A stretch of DNA of 64,000 nucleotides, taken from positions 5,890,001 to 5,954,000 of the forward strand of contig JBHGNT010000009.1 in NCBI GenBank assembly GCA_043228905.1, given 5' to 3'. The stretch comes from Azolla caroliniana. Taxonomy: Eukaryota; Plantae; Polypodiophyta. The notes beneath the pieces were generated by a model. That model saw nothing but the letters and a program-made list of their open reading frames with translations. It searched no databases and had not been told where the DNA came from. Each line of letters begins with the position of its first letter. Position 1 is the first letter of the stretch. The translations under genes were made by a program, and so were the position numbers. Positions 31,801 through 45,666 of the stretch are shown one piece after another.

Positions 31801-34609
31801 TTGAAGGGGTTAGTAGCAAAACTTCACAGCGCAATGCGATACCTTATTTATTATTATAGTTGTTATAAATTCCAACATAAAGCACCAACAAATATGTGTG
31901 GTAGCCAAACGCAATAGGGACGATATCATTTTGATCTAACTTGAAGATCTTTGAATAGGAATTTCAATACACGAGAATAAGCATATGCAGCAAGCCCATT
32001 CTAATTCTATGACACATGCAAACACTCATCATGTATGTTTTCCTTGAACATAAAGAGCATCGTATCTTTAATAAATAAATGTATACATTTGAAAAGTGTT
32101 TCTTGGTTCCCGTATGTTATCAATGGTACAAATCAAGCCATCATAACACACCATAATGGTGATCTTATGCGAAAAAGGCGACTCATTACAAACAATAAAG
32201 AAAGTTGTTAGGAGTCAGGACTATTTCAATAACTCTATGTTTAAAAGCACCATGTGGAATGAACAACTACCATTCTCAAACACATAAATGCGACAAATTA
32301 TTGATCCAAAAGAAGGAAACGGGAGAAATGAAATGGAGATGTAATCTCATAACCATAGTTGTAGGAAGGCTCCAAAGTTATTATGCACTATGCTCGACAA
32401 GTATTTTGTTTGTTGTGTAAGCAAATTTTTCACTATTCTCACACATTTCCATAAGACTACACTTTATGCACTGAATATGATGTTCCCTACTTCACAGATA
32501 TAATTCAACGTATGACATGACATCTTTCTAAGGAATGGAACCTACTTGGTGAATTTAAACCTCGGTTGCACATTTTTACATATGTACATATTTTGGATTG
32601 TCGCAACAATATAAAGAAAAACATCTTTATGTGACTTCCTACCTGTGAGATAGAGAATGCAATGTTTTAGGTTAAAAAAAACAATTTGCAATCGTCTCTC
32701 TATGGAAAATATATATTCAATGCCACCACTTAATCATGGGATTGTGTCAGTATTCATGTCGCAAAATAATGCATCAATGTAAAGTAGTTGCAAGAGAAGT
32801 TGTCAGAAAATGAAATGTACTTTATAATCATGCAAGATGGAGTTCTTAGGAAATTGTATCATGTGAACACGCAAACCCCCAAAGCTTGAAATAATTGCCT
32901 TCAATTGGCATTTCACTTTATCATTGTTGGCTCTCTTCTGAAGAGGAGGCGACATATAGTTTTTCGAAGCCAAGTTTGAAAAGACATAAAACGGTGGCAC
33001 AAAACAAACTCTTATTTTAACTAAAATTTCGAGCTCCTATTTTTAATAAATCATATTTCCTCTGTATAATGCTTTGGTCATTGTTACCTTGTATCAGAAT
33101 TTCCCTTTCTTAAATTACACTTTGAAGGCAGTTCCCATGTAAGAGTTCAATGCATCACATTGTGTGCTTTTGTCTAGTTTCACCCCAACATGTGAACAAC
33201 TTTCTTTCGCCATCTAAATTGTGAATCTCATTAAATCATGTTTAATATGAGCACACAACTTTTCGTGGTACACAAAGAATAAATTTGCGAGCTAATCAAT
33301 TCCCATTGAAACAAAAAACTGACCGACCTTGGTATCATTGCTTCGATCTTTGTTTACGGTGTTCCCCAAAGGCTTCAACGAATATCATACTTTCTCCTAC
33401 CTTATTGTAAATTAATGCTACTAATATTGTAGTTGAGTTTTATCCTATGGCGATGCTCTCCAATGTGACATCAATGCAAAAAAAGTGACATTTTCCTAGT
33501 GGCTCTCCTCATTGAAAACTCAATTGCTTAAAAAGGTAAATAGATTATGAGATAAGTTTAGATATCTCTGCATTGCTTCTCCTTGCATGTTCCCCCTCTT
33601 CACAAATTAATGTCCTAGATCATTACAAGGAGTATAAGAGGTTGGGCATCATTCTCCCGGTTTCTATTTCATGGGAGTAAATTGTTGAGTGCCTATTTTA
33701 CTCCATGATAAACCATCCAAACCCACGTAAGTAGGTAAAAGCTACCAACTTCAATGGGTGTTTTCAACAACGATCATTCAAACTTCAAGGACTATATAGA
33801 GACATACACCTATGGTGATTTAGAATGTGGCACACAAGATGTGTGATGCTTGAAAAGTAATATATTTGATATGAAACGTACGTATTTGATTATGGTTGAA
33901 AAATAATGTATTGTCATTTCCTCAACAATGTTAATTATGATCTTTAATCGTATTTTAAGTATGCACAATATTTATCATATTTGGCAACTAAATCTCTTTG
34001 AAACCTTGCACAATGGAGTACACATTCTTGATAGGAACTAAATAGTATATCATTTGTTGAGAATACTGTATCCACCATGGTCTTGTCACCTTGGTTCTTC
34101 ATGGTTGTTTTCTTCCATTTAGGTAGGTTCAACCCCCTAACCAATTAAAAGAACACAATACATACAACTAAAATGATTGTACCATGGTGGTAATTGAGTA
34201 GGAAGACAATGTGGCATTTGTTCCAAAAAACAGAACCCCCTAAGGAAACTTTCTTCAGTTATTGATTTTTATGACAATGAATGGATAATGCTATTCTACT
34301 TTTGTCCTTCTACTATGATTCACTATGAACATGGATAGTCTCATCAATAGTCGAACACTCCTCTTCCGTAACCAAGCTTTTCTTTATAATTATCATTTCA
34401 ATGGGGTTCTCGTTAAAAATAACATTATAGATTTTGTGTGGATAATAGTATCATTACTTCTTTGTTATTTAAAATTAATCAAAAATATGTTTTGTAGGGT
34501 TTGGGCTTGTTTTGTTTAACTAGTTGTTGGAGGTGTTGTTATGCATTAGGTTGATCATTTTTATAAAAGAGGCAAAGGACATATGGAAGGTGGCTAAATT
34601 TTGGTGTTC

Positions 34610-34640
34610 GGGGGGGGGGGGGGGGGGGGGGGAGGGGGAG
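34610..34640. repeat. Poly-G tract (more than 20 G)
   Basis: Directly visible. Confidence 0.9.
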
Positions 34641-37603
34641 CTCACCATTTGCCAAAGTTTTTTTGGGAATGGAACATGAAACTCACGATCAAATGAAAAA
34701 GAATGTGAACAACAAAGGTGATATCCTTGCTTTATAATTCATAGTTTTTTTACTCTAGGTTTAATTAATCTTGCCATTGCTCGTCTTAATTCATGGCCGT
34801 TTCTAAAGAAACAAAATTTAACTAATATACGAGCTAGGAATGCAACTTATACATACACAAAGAAGTCCAACATATATGTGATTAGTTCTATGATCTACCT
34901 TCTTGATATCGTCACTTTGTGAAACTTAAATAGTTGTGGATTAGTTTATTTAATTGTAATTTGGATATGTTTGGTTTTCTTAACATACACAATTTGCTAT
35001 TGGTGTGCTCGATGAAACACTATGGCGTGCATTTTCATCTACACTATGACACCTTATATCTGGTACATTTTCTTTCTAAGTGGGCTTTCATAAAGTAAAG
35101 ATTTGATTCACCTTTACAATCTATTGTTACGTATAAATCAAACATTTATCTACCTAAATGTTCAATATTTTTTTAAAGTACTACATTGCTTAGTATCTTA
35201 TCCGGATGTACTACGATTTTATGTAGATACATTTAGATATGCATACTAACATTGTTGGCTAGTGTGTGTTTGCACGTGCACACAAGTACACGTATATGCA
35301 ATTTATTGTCATTTATACAACATATGTGGATCGAGCAAAACAAAAGAATGAAAGTTCCTTTACCATAAGAGGTGACATCTGAACCTAACCTACAATGCTC
35401 AATAATTAACAACCGAGAAATTTTGTTGAATTATGGAATTATGCAAACTGAAATTGATTTGAACAGTAGCAACCTTGAAGCAGAGAAACTTACCTTGTTA
35501 AACATTCCCAATTTAGTGGGCCACATTTCTATTTGTTGTATGGTTGGTTGTCTTTGTCACTACCCATCACTTGGTTATTGGATGAAATGCTTGCAATTAA
35601 CAACTCCCATTAAATTATTGATTTATATATTGTTGTGAATTGTAAAGGAGAGAGAAAGATAAGGGGAAAAAGTGCAGCACATGCTATTTTGCGAACTACT
35701 TGTTGTTTTAATGTTCAATTATGTGATTAGTTAAGCTTCAACGACAATTTTGCAGATGTTGGCTTTGGAAATTTATCATCTTGTATTCTCAGCCTTGAAA
35801 ACATTGATGATTTGTAAAGGAGGTCAAAAGCTATTTACACCTGTATGATTCCACACATACGATGTTAAGACAATGTGTATTGAGTTGGCATGATCATGCA
35901 TTGTCTATGTAGGAATCTTTGTGAAAGTCTCTCTCCTTTTGCAAAACTCTATGTATGTCATTACTTGCGAGAGAAAGAGAGGAAAAAAAAAGATAGAGAC
36001 ATGGAGGGGTGAAGCATTCTGCATGTTTTCCTCACATAATCATGTCGTTGTTGCTCATCACATTGCTAAGCATATTTATGCCATAGATAAAGCAATTGCC
36101 TTATATATATCATCAATTTTCTTATGCATAGAAACATTATCTATTTTCTTTTTGGGTTCCTTTTCATTATTGGACACAAACTCATACTAAAGGTTCGTTT
36201 GTGAAACATACTAAAACCTAATCTATTCTATTTGAGACATTGGGCCATTTTTTGTCTTCATATTGCAATTACTTCTAATAGAAATGTGAAATGAATGAAG
36301 AAAAAATAGACATAATTTGTCTCCATATTGTGGTTACTTCTAATAGAAAACGTGAAATGAATGAAGAAAAATAGGGAATAATTAAAACTATCTTGATGCA
36401 TGTTTAGATGTGATTGTTATAGATTGAATATGGAAATGCAACTTTAAAACAAGATATCACAACTCCACGACAAGACAAAGACAGGAGCATTGTCAAAACA
36501 TCATGAGTTGATGACCCAAATTTGATCCTAAAGTCTCTCAAGAAATAATGATATATTATTTACTTGTTTAATGTGGTCATGCTTTAGTATAAGATGTCTC
36601 TTGCTTAATTAGAGAGCATATATATGTGCCTAGGAGGTGTTGATAGGTATGCTAAATTGGTACATTGGGTAATCTCCCCACGCTTGATCTCTTGCTTGGT
36701 GGCACACTCTTAAGTAGGCCTCTCCATTCTCAATATCAAGATCATGGATGCATAGGAGAGTGATTTCTCAACCCACTTTGAACAACATGGGGAAGATGAG
36801 ATGTAGTTGAGCTCACTCCATCATTAAATGATGGGCCTATATACAATATTGTTGCAATTTGCTATTTGTGCCATTTGTCATTTGTTTATCTTTTGCATTT
36901 CTTTGTATGCATCCTAAGGTTGGATTGGTAATCATCAAACCCCTCATCTAATGACTCACGTCCCTCTTCTCAATTAGTATATTTGAATATGGAGCGGTCG
37001 CTTTGACCAAAAGGTAGCATCCCAAGGAAGCAACTTGCACATTCCCAATGTCATTCCATGGAGATATTTTCTTCTTCACAAACCTCTCTATTCCATGGAA
37101 TTGTATGATCTTTGTCTACCATTAAGATTGCATTCGAATTCAAATGCATGTTAACTAACCTAATCATATCTCAACCAATTAACGTTTATCAAGACATCTC
37201 TTCCCAAGTTTCTGATAAACCTTGAATATTCTATATTAAAACCTTGGTAGGTGAAGGATTCATAACCATCTTGTTGCTTGGTGTGAAATTTGAATAACCT
37301 AATATATAGATTTCCCTATGTTGATGGATAAAGTGTGTTGTCTGCACATGAGAAAAGCACTACATAATTTGCATAATGAAGTAGCACAACTAAATGTTGC
37401 ACAAGTTTGGTCTTGCCAGTTTTTTAGTTTGTGATGCTTACATGATGAACGCTTCTAAAATATTTGCAAACCAAATGGAGTGGTGAGAAGGGCAAGCTTA
37501 CTTTGCCACAAGAATCAAAATGAGCATGTTCTACAAAAGAATTGGTCTTGCATTTTCAACACATATGGTAGTTGTTCACAAACAGGTACTGTCACATTAT
37601 GAT

Positions 37604-37981
37604 TAAAAATTGGCAACAGTTCGGTTTGAACAGAACCGAACTGCAAAACCGCAACTTAACGGCTTGGTTTAGGTTTAGGGTTTTAAAAACAGTTCGGTTC
37701 AGTTTTAATAGCCAAAAACCGCATTTTTAGACCTTATTCTCACATTTTAGGAACATCTTAAAAATTTTAAAAAAATGAAATATTATAAATTTTAAAAAAT
37801 AAAAAAATTGACCTATGTTGAAACCGAAACCGAAACCGAACTAGGAAACCGTGGTTTTTACGGTTTGAATTTTTTTTAACGGTTCGGTTTAACGGTTTCA
37901 TGGTTCAGTTCAAGTTTTTTTAATTTTAAATGGTTCAGTTCCAAACCGGTTCGGTTTGGACCCTCCTGTTGCCAATTGTTA
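37604..37981. mobile_element. hAT-type MITE (378 bp)
   Basis: TIRs TAAAAATTGGCAACAG / CTGTTGCCAATTGTTA. 8-bp TSD ATTATGAT at 37596-37603 and 37982-37989. Many AACCG/CGGTT subterminal motifs. Confidence 0.85.
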
Positions 37982-39019
37982 ATTATGATACTCATCACAT
38001 ATACAAGTTTTGGTTGTACCTTCAAAACAACAATCATCTCACAAAGCCACCATGAGAATACCTTTGTGCTATAGAAATTTGATAATGTTTCTTTTGATAT
38101 CTACATGTTTTCACAACTCTACATAGTTTGTAAAATGACAATGTTACTTTAGCACAAACTCAACAATTTATACGAAGAAACAATCATCATTGTACTTACG
38201 CAATTCCTTTTTTTCCTTCGTGACAAAACATATACAAGATTTTTATAAATGTTCAGTGACCTCATATGATGTACAAGGTATATAAATATAGGCACATCAA
38301 AGACTACTCCCAAATTGAACCTATTCATCGAACCATGTAGGAATAAGAAAATTCCTATGAGTGCTATATGTTGGCATTCACTTGAATTTCAGTTCCCCTG
38401 AAGAAAGCCATATTACCCAACACCAACAAAGAAATAACCCAATTATAGAAATTCAAAGGGTGCATGATCACTTGTGTTCATTTGCCTCCGCTAACATGAT
38501 CGATACAAATTCTTTGATAATGATCAAGTTTCTATTTAAAAATCATTGTCGATTTAGGAAAGAAACAAGTGAACAGTCTTGTGTAGCAATGTAATTAGAG
38601 GATTTGTACATACTCCAAGAGTGATTGGCTCATGAATACATACAATGTTGAATAATTCTAGATGAGGGTGCTCTAAATCCAGATAGACATGAGTAATTGC
38701 AGGGACAAATTCCACTATACTCCTGATTTTTTTTCTTGTTTTCAGTTTTTGTTATATCCCCAAATTATCAACCCCATAAGTAAAAAAAGGGATGAGTTGA
38801 CCATATAATCGAAGTAGGGAGATAAATTAACCACCTAATTGCTAATTAACTTCTCATGAGTCGTTAACCAAGGGCACTTGGGAAAATCAAGGATATATCA
38901 GCGATTTTTCTGTGTCTGAATGTTTAGTTACCACGTAACACTGAACTTACCTCATATGGAAGTGGACTCAAAACTTTTAGGAAGCTCATCACTCGTAACT
39001 ATGTTTGACACTCCATGTA

Positions 39020-39770
39020 TATAACTGAATTATCATCAACCATATTTCTACTGTCCATGCATGTTCTCGACAAACTCATTTAATAATTCTGTTGCATGAA
39101 TGCAACACTTTTGCCATTTCTACATGGGTTTAACAATGGAGTTGATGAAACAATAGACATAACTGAAATTCAAGTGCTCCACAAATTTTTTTCGATAATA
39201 TCTTTGCATGGAATGCATCATCACTTTTGCCATTTCTACATGGGTTTAAGAATAAACTTGACGAAACAATAGTGATAACTGAAATTCAGAGTTGCTCCAC
39301 AAATTCATTTAAATAATTTGGTTGCATGGATGCAATACTTTAGCCATCTCTACATGGGTGTAAGTATGGATTTGATGAAATGTGAAGATACTTCATATGA
39401 GATATACCCATATGACTACACAGGGACTGCTTGAACAAAATGACACATTTTGTGGTGCAATATTTTAGCCATCTCTACAAGGGTGTAAGTATGGATTTGA
39501 TGAAATGTTAAGTATCTTCACCATAGTGATGAAACACTGGTGAAGATACTTCGCATGAGATGTACCCATGCAACTACACAGGGAATAACTGAACAAAATG
39601 ACACATTTTGTGATGCAATACTTTTGCCATTTCTACATGGGTGTAAGTATGGATTTGTTGAAATGTTAAGTATCTTCACAGTAGTGATGAAACAATGTGG
39701 TGAAGATACGTCACATGAGATGCACCCATGCAACTACATGGGGAATAATTAAACAGAATGTCACATTTTG
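39020..39770. repeat. Composite tandem array (units about 120-160 bp)
   Basis: The core TTT(T/A)GCCAT(T/C)TCTACA(T/A)GGGT...TTGA(T/C)GAAA recurs five times with changing flanks. Confidence 0.8.
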
Positions 39771-40843
39771 TCAAGGGGAAGGAAATCTCCTAGTCCCTGT
39801 TACTTTAATTGTTGATATTCTAATGCCTTTGCTAAGTGTTCAAATGTGAGTGTATGCATGCATACATGTAGATCAATCAACACATCTTTACTATATTTCT
39901 GATCACTTTTGTCTATCCTGATAAAGGGCTAAGGAATCGAGATAATATGTCTCGCTCATCGATTGGCCCATAACACCTGCCTGTCCACGCACACATATAC
40001 ACACATACATCAATGTATGATCTGTCAAACACCAAAACCTTATCAGTTGGCCCATATTAAGCAAAGATGAATCATTAGTTATGATCATTACGACAGGAAA
40101 ACATAATGTTATAGCTCCTTGTATCAAACCTCGTGGTTGTACTCATACTTGGTCATTCTCCAAATTACATAGTTGCTTCCTTGCTCTTTCAATTGTGAGC
40201 TTTGATGGAAGTATCTATTTATGCAATCCTCATGTTTTATGAAGGTTGTAACAAGGTATTTGAGCATTGAGATCCTCCACTTACAATTGAACAAGGTTGA
40301 GGAGGAGGAAATAATTGCAAAGGCAGAGGCAATTGAGATCCTCTCACTCTGGCAGTGCAATGGGAGCTGACAACTTGTGCAACTAGACATGGGGCTCTCA
40401 GCAACGTACAGCCATGACTGTGAGTGATGCCTCTGAGAGCATTGGCAATCTTAACTTCTGACCTGTCAGTGTGCCCGCTTCAATTTGCCGATGCCAATCT
40501 ACTGTACTGTACTGCCTTTGCTTGATTCTCTCTTCTAATTGTTGCTTATCATACACACATGTCCGAAAACTCTGTGGTTTTGCTATAATGTTATGCAAGT
40601 CGTCTATAAGACCCGCACAATACAAACCAAACAAAATGGGAACACAAATGGAATAAAAAGAAGAAGCTTATATTGTAGAGATCCTCAATATGGTTATAGT
40701 TGGGAGATGATGCAATGGAGATGCATCCTCATGTGCTACTAAGTGAATGGATATAGATAGATACGTCTTAGTTCGGTCAACTAAAGTTGTCTTATATGCT
40801 AGGGTCACTAACCATCTGTTGCCTTCATCTACTACTTTGATTC

Positions 40844-41299
40844 CATAGTTGTTAAAAAACATGTATTCTACGTTTAGAATACACTTTAAAATACTCAGAA
40901 GTATTCTAACTGTATTCTATGTTTTAGAACTGCCATTTTTCAAAATTACTTTAAAATACTCAGAAGTATTCTAACTGTATTCTATGTTTTAGAACTGCCA
41001 TTTTTCAAAATTTCACGTATTCTACATATTTAACAAGTATTTTAACATTTCAAAATAGTTTAAAAATATTTTAATTAAATTTTTTTTTTTTTGAAAACAA
41101 AACTTCAAAATTTAAGAAGTATTGAATGTGTTTTACAAGTATTCTATGTATTTAAAGTATTCTAAGTGTATTCTTAGTATTTAACGTATTTTACTGATAA
41201 AATACGTATTCTAAGTACTTTATAAAAAGTTAGAATATTTGTAGAATACTTAGCATACACATTCTGTGTGTATTATATGCTAAGTATTCTTTAACTATG
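40844..41299. mobile_element. hAT-type MITE (456 bp)
   Basis: Termini CATAGTT...AACTATG. 8-bp TSD TTTGATTC at 40836-40843 and 41300-41307. GTATTC/GAATAC subterminal motifs and an internal tandem duplication of about 66 bp. Confidence 0.8.
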
Positions 41300-41907
41300 T
41301 TTGATTCCTAGACCAACTACTTAAAAACTTATACTCAGTTCTAACTCGATCAAACAGAAATCATGTTCTGTCTTTTAATACGGAAAAGAAGGAAACCAAT
41401 CACCATTAACTTATGGATTTTTATGTGGAAGCAAGAACAGACAACCCTAAAAAACTCTTGTAGCATTTTTCTGTTTTTTGTTCGCACATTTAGAACCTCC
41501 TCTTCCCTGCATTCATTCAAAGAAAAGAAAAGAAAAAAGAAAATCACATACCTCTCTCTCTCTCTCTCGAAAGTCTCATCCAATCCATCCTGATGATGAG
41601 CAGATCCAACAAAAATCTCTGATCTTGTCTCTTCGACCACCAGAGGAATTCCCGAGGCCGTTTCCTTCTGGGGTCAGTGAGAATTTTCAAGGCTGTCTCT
41701 GCGCTGCCGTGCAAAGAGGAAAGGTGGTCAGAGAGGCAGCTATGGCAGAGGAGGACTGATGGCTGGGTCCAATAAAGAAAGCATGTGAAGAATGTCTGGA
41801 ACAGGGGAGGGAGCAAAGGGGGCTATTCTTGTAAATTTGGGAAACTTTAGATAATCCACTCATCCTCCCGATATGTATATGTATATGTATTTGTATCAAT
41901 GTATATT

Positions 41908-43364
41908 GCTCGTGACTAGCTACTGCCAAATATTTAAGAGGGCAAGTGAGGGAATCGCGGAGAGGGACGGTGCAAGTCGCACCGCTGATGGCGTGTTCGA
42001 TCTCCACCGTCCAAGATGGATAAAAAGCTGACAACATCTGTCACCAAGAGCCCGACTTTGTGAAAAGGAGCCCGATTCTCTAACAACCTCTGTCACCAAG
42101 AGCCCGACTCTGTCAAAAGGAGCCCTGCTGCTGTCAGAAAACCTCTGTAAGCAGGAGCCCGACTCTGTCAGAAGGATCCCCGTTGTCTGACAACATCAGT
42201 AAGAAGGAGCACGACTCTGTCAAAAGGAGCCCCGTTGTTTGACAACCTCTGTCATCAGGAGCCCGACTTAAAAACAAACATCAAAAACTCAAAAAAATGG
42301 TAAGTGTACAACAAATATTTTCCATGAAAATGATCATAAAATTTCTCAAAAAAACCTAAAGATTCAAATAACAAGTCTTACATAAAATATTAAAACGTCA
42401 AATGGTGACAACCCTAAAATGAAATATGAATATACACGTTACATATTGAGATTATGGCTCATGTTAGGATGATTGCAAGATGCAACCACAATTTTTACAA
42501 CATGTAACATTCAAGTCCCTTGAAGTCAAGGTCAAGCCATCGCAACGCAAACACCGAACCTTCTCATGGTCACATATTGGCAATCGCCTCCTAGCTCGAC
42601 TTGCACCTCTTTGTAGCTTTCCGGAGTGGGATTTGGAAGTGTTTGGGGAGCTGCCAATAAGTTCTTGCGAGATGTCTATTGTTGCACTTCTTTTGGCACC
42701 GATTTGTTGGTTGCGACTTATTGATCTGTCATCTTCTTCAAGATTCTTATCAAGATTCTAAATATGATTCCATATTATCTTATCAAGATTCTAAATATGA
42801 TTCCATATTGGCATGCAGTGGAGGTCAATAATAATATGGATTCCAGTTGCGAGGAAAATATGATTTCAAACACAAAACTCAAAGGTATAACCTCCACAAA
42901 GTATGGTGATACATACCTCTGGACAACAGGACAACATGTGCTCACGGACAACAAGACAACAGGTGTATGATTTCAAACACAAAACTCAAAGGTATAACCT
43001 CCACAAAGTTTGGTGATACATATCTCTAGACAGCAGGACAACAAGTGGTGCACCTCACTGAAGATGCCTAAACACTAAACCTCTAGCTTCCTGTTTGAAA
43101 ACAGGCAAAAATGACAGGTATATGGGTTTTTATACTCATCACAAACTAATGAGTCAGGCTCCTTTTCACAATGAGTCGGGCTCCTTCTTTAGTAAGACGG
43201 GCTCCCCAAAAAGAGAACTTTTGATGGCGCGTTTTTTCACACTTTTTCTTTATCCACATTGGACGGTGCAGATCACACGCGCCCTCATCTAGTGACCTGC
43301 ACCGTCCCTCTCCACGATTCCCTCACTTGCCCTCATAAATATTTGGTAGTAGTTAGACACGTCG
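41908..43364 (-). mobile_element. Non-autonomous Mutator-like (MULE) DNA transposon, copy A
   Basis: Imperfect long TIRs (GCTCGTGACTAGCTACTGCCAAATATTTAAGAGGGCAAGTGAGGGAATC / GATTCCCTCACTTGCCCTCATAAATATTTGGTAGTAGTTAGACACGTCG), GAGCCCGACT subterminal repeats, and 9-bp flanks that match those of copy B. Confidence 0.75.
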
Positions 43365-44329
43365 AAGTTACATGCATAATGTTTTGTGAATGCTCATACA
43401 TACATACATACATACATACATACATACATACATACATACATACATACATGCATAATATACATCGACGTGGAAAACTACTACCAAATATTTATGAGGGCAA
43501 GTGAGGGAATTGTGGAGAGGGACGATGCATGTTGTTAGATGAGGGCGAGTGCGATCTACATCGTCCAATGTGGTTGAAGAAAAAGCGCAACATCAGAAAC
43601 TGTTCTCTTTTTGGGGAACCCGTCTCACTAAAGAAGGAGCCCGACTCATTGTGAAAAGGAGCCCGACTCTATGAAAAGGAGCCCAACTCATTAGTTTGTG
43701 GTGAGTATAAAACCCATATACCTGTCATTTTTGCCTGTTTTCAAACAGGAAGCTAGAGGTTTAGGGTTTAGGCATCTTCAGCGAGGCGCACCACCTATTG
43801 TCCTACTGTCCAGAGGTATGTATCACCAGACTTTGTGGAGGTTATGCCTTCGAGTTTTGTGTTTGAAATCATACACCTACTGTCCTATTGTCCGCGAGCA
43901 CCTGTTGTCCTGTTGTCTAGAGGTATGTATCACCAGACTTTGTGGAGGTTATACCTTCGAGTTTTGTGTTTGAAATCATATTTTCCTGGCAACTGGAATC
44001 CATATTATTATTGACCTCCACTGCATGCCAGAGTAAAATTCTTGATGAGATAATATGGAATCCATATTAATATGCAACAGAGTAAGAAGAAAAAAGACCT
44101 GAACCTTCAATCATGTACTGCTTGGGTGAGTTGCACAAATTGGTGGTTTTTGAAGATGGCATGTGTTTTGTACTGATGGCTAGTTGGTCCAAGACCTTCA
44201 TAGACTTTGATGCGGATTGGGGTGAAACAATACCCTATGAAAGGAGGTATGGCCTGAATCATTTCTCAACTATATATTGTGTATAAATAGTGATGTTTGT
44301 GTGCTAACTTGAATGATGGTTTAGGGTTT

Positions 44330-45553
44330 TTGTAAGAAAGGGTGCTAGGTGCCCCAAATCCAATGATATGGATGCTGAAAACATCATTACTGAACACTCG
44401 AACATGGATACGAACCCCATACATGACGTGGGGCCAGGTGTTGAAGATATCAAACTAAATGGTGAGCTGATGTACTTACTTGTAATCATTATTGAAGTAA
44501 GTATATATTGGGTTTTTCTAATGCAAATGTCACACCATTGATGTAGTGAACCCTATGTCCCTCTTCAAGTGTGGAAGAGACTCGACAGGTATCAAATGTT
44601 GCACATGTATCGTTGGAGATTCATGTAGAAAAGAGGTACGATGGTTTCGCAAAAAAACTGACATAGAGGCTAACTTATAGAAGGCACATGGCATCCTTGT
44701 AATACTGCCTCGGGGGCTAAAGATAGAAGAAGAAGAGCAATCGACCTCCATGAGGAGCACAACCACGTCATTCTTCAGCCCCTACGAAAGACAACGATCA
44801 ATAAAGCATTTTTTGGATCCGGAGCTAAAGTACAACAGATCACGCCAATCACACTTGAGAAAGTTGAGGACAAGAGTGATTAAGATCTTCAAAGCCACTC
44901 CGAACGCACTTCGAACATCCAAGGAGGCCGATTTCATTGCCCAATTCATAAGCCAAGAGATGGCCAGGTATGACGGGCGGAAGGAGCATAGGATGGAAAA
45001 ATTGAAGTTCAAGATTGCAGCTGCGTGTGAAGCTTATGTAAGTATGGTTTATGATTATGTGTGCATCTTATGACACAGATGAGGGTGCAGACATTGGGAT
45101 TGTCTTTGTTGGTCCTGGGACAATCATGAAAACATGGGATAACACAACAAGAAATAAGTTCACTAGGTATGCTGTATGGTGGGGGCAGGAGATCAATAGT
45201 TAACTTCATGTGTTTTTTGTAGTTACTAATGTGGCCTAATAAACAGGTTTCAGGTGGCTTGCCAACGACTAGATCTAGCGGTCTTTTTTATGGAGGTAGA
45301 ACTATTTTCATTGTGCACTGTAGGGGAGATGGCACATGGATGATGACCCTCTTCCACTTATGGATGGAGTACTCACTGCCCCCCAAGATCAACAACTGGT
45401 TTCATATTGTGGATCCACTATGGGTGCAACTAGAAGGCCAAAGTGATAAGGTAGAAGACATACTCACTCGGGTCCCTGAACGGGAATATGTCTTCATTCC
45501 AATATTGCACTCAGGGCATTGGGTGCTTTCGATGAAGATGCGACAAACTCCTA
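44330..45553 (+). pseudogene. Transposon-borne spliced gene fragment ending in a Ulp1/C48 peptidase-like segment
   Basis: EYVFIPILHSGHWVL at about 45485-45530 matches the F.P....HW.L motif of Ulp1 proteases. Short GT-AG introns (donors near 44462, 45038, 45167). Truncated by a deletion. Confidence 0.55.
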
Positions 45554-45666
45554 CGTGTATATTCATATTTCATTTTAGGGTTGTCAACATTTGACGTTTT
45601 AATATTTTATGTAAGACTTGTTATTTGAATCTTTAGGTTTTTTTGAGAAATTTGATGATCATTTTT

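Noticed and set aside
29000-37500. Short ORFs in an AT-rich stretch, possibly ancient transposon debris
   Set aside because: No recognisable motif, termini or consistent reading frame by eye.
42040-42270. Regularly spaced GAGCCCGACT repeats resembling a CRISPR array (also 49785-49955)
   Set aside because: The spacers are similar to each other, no cas genes are present, the context is eukaryotic, and the repeats are transposon subterminal motifs.
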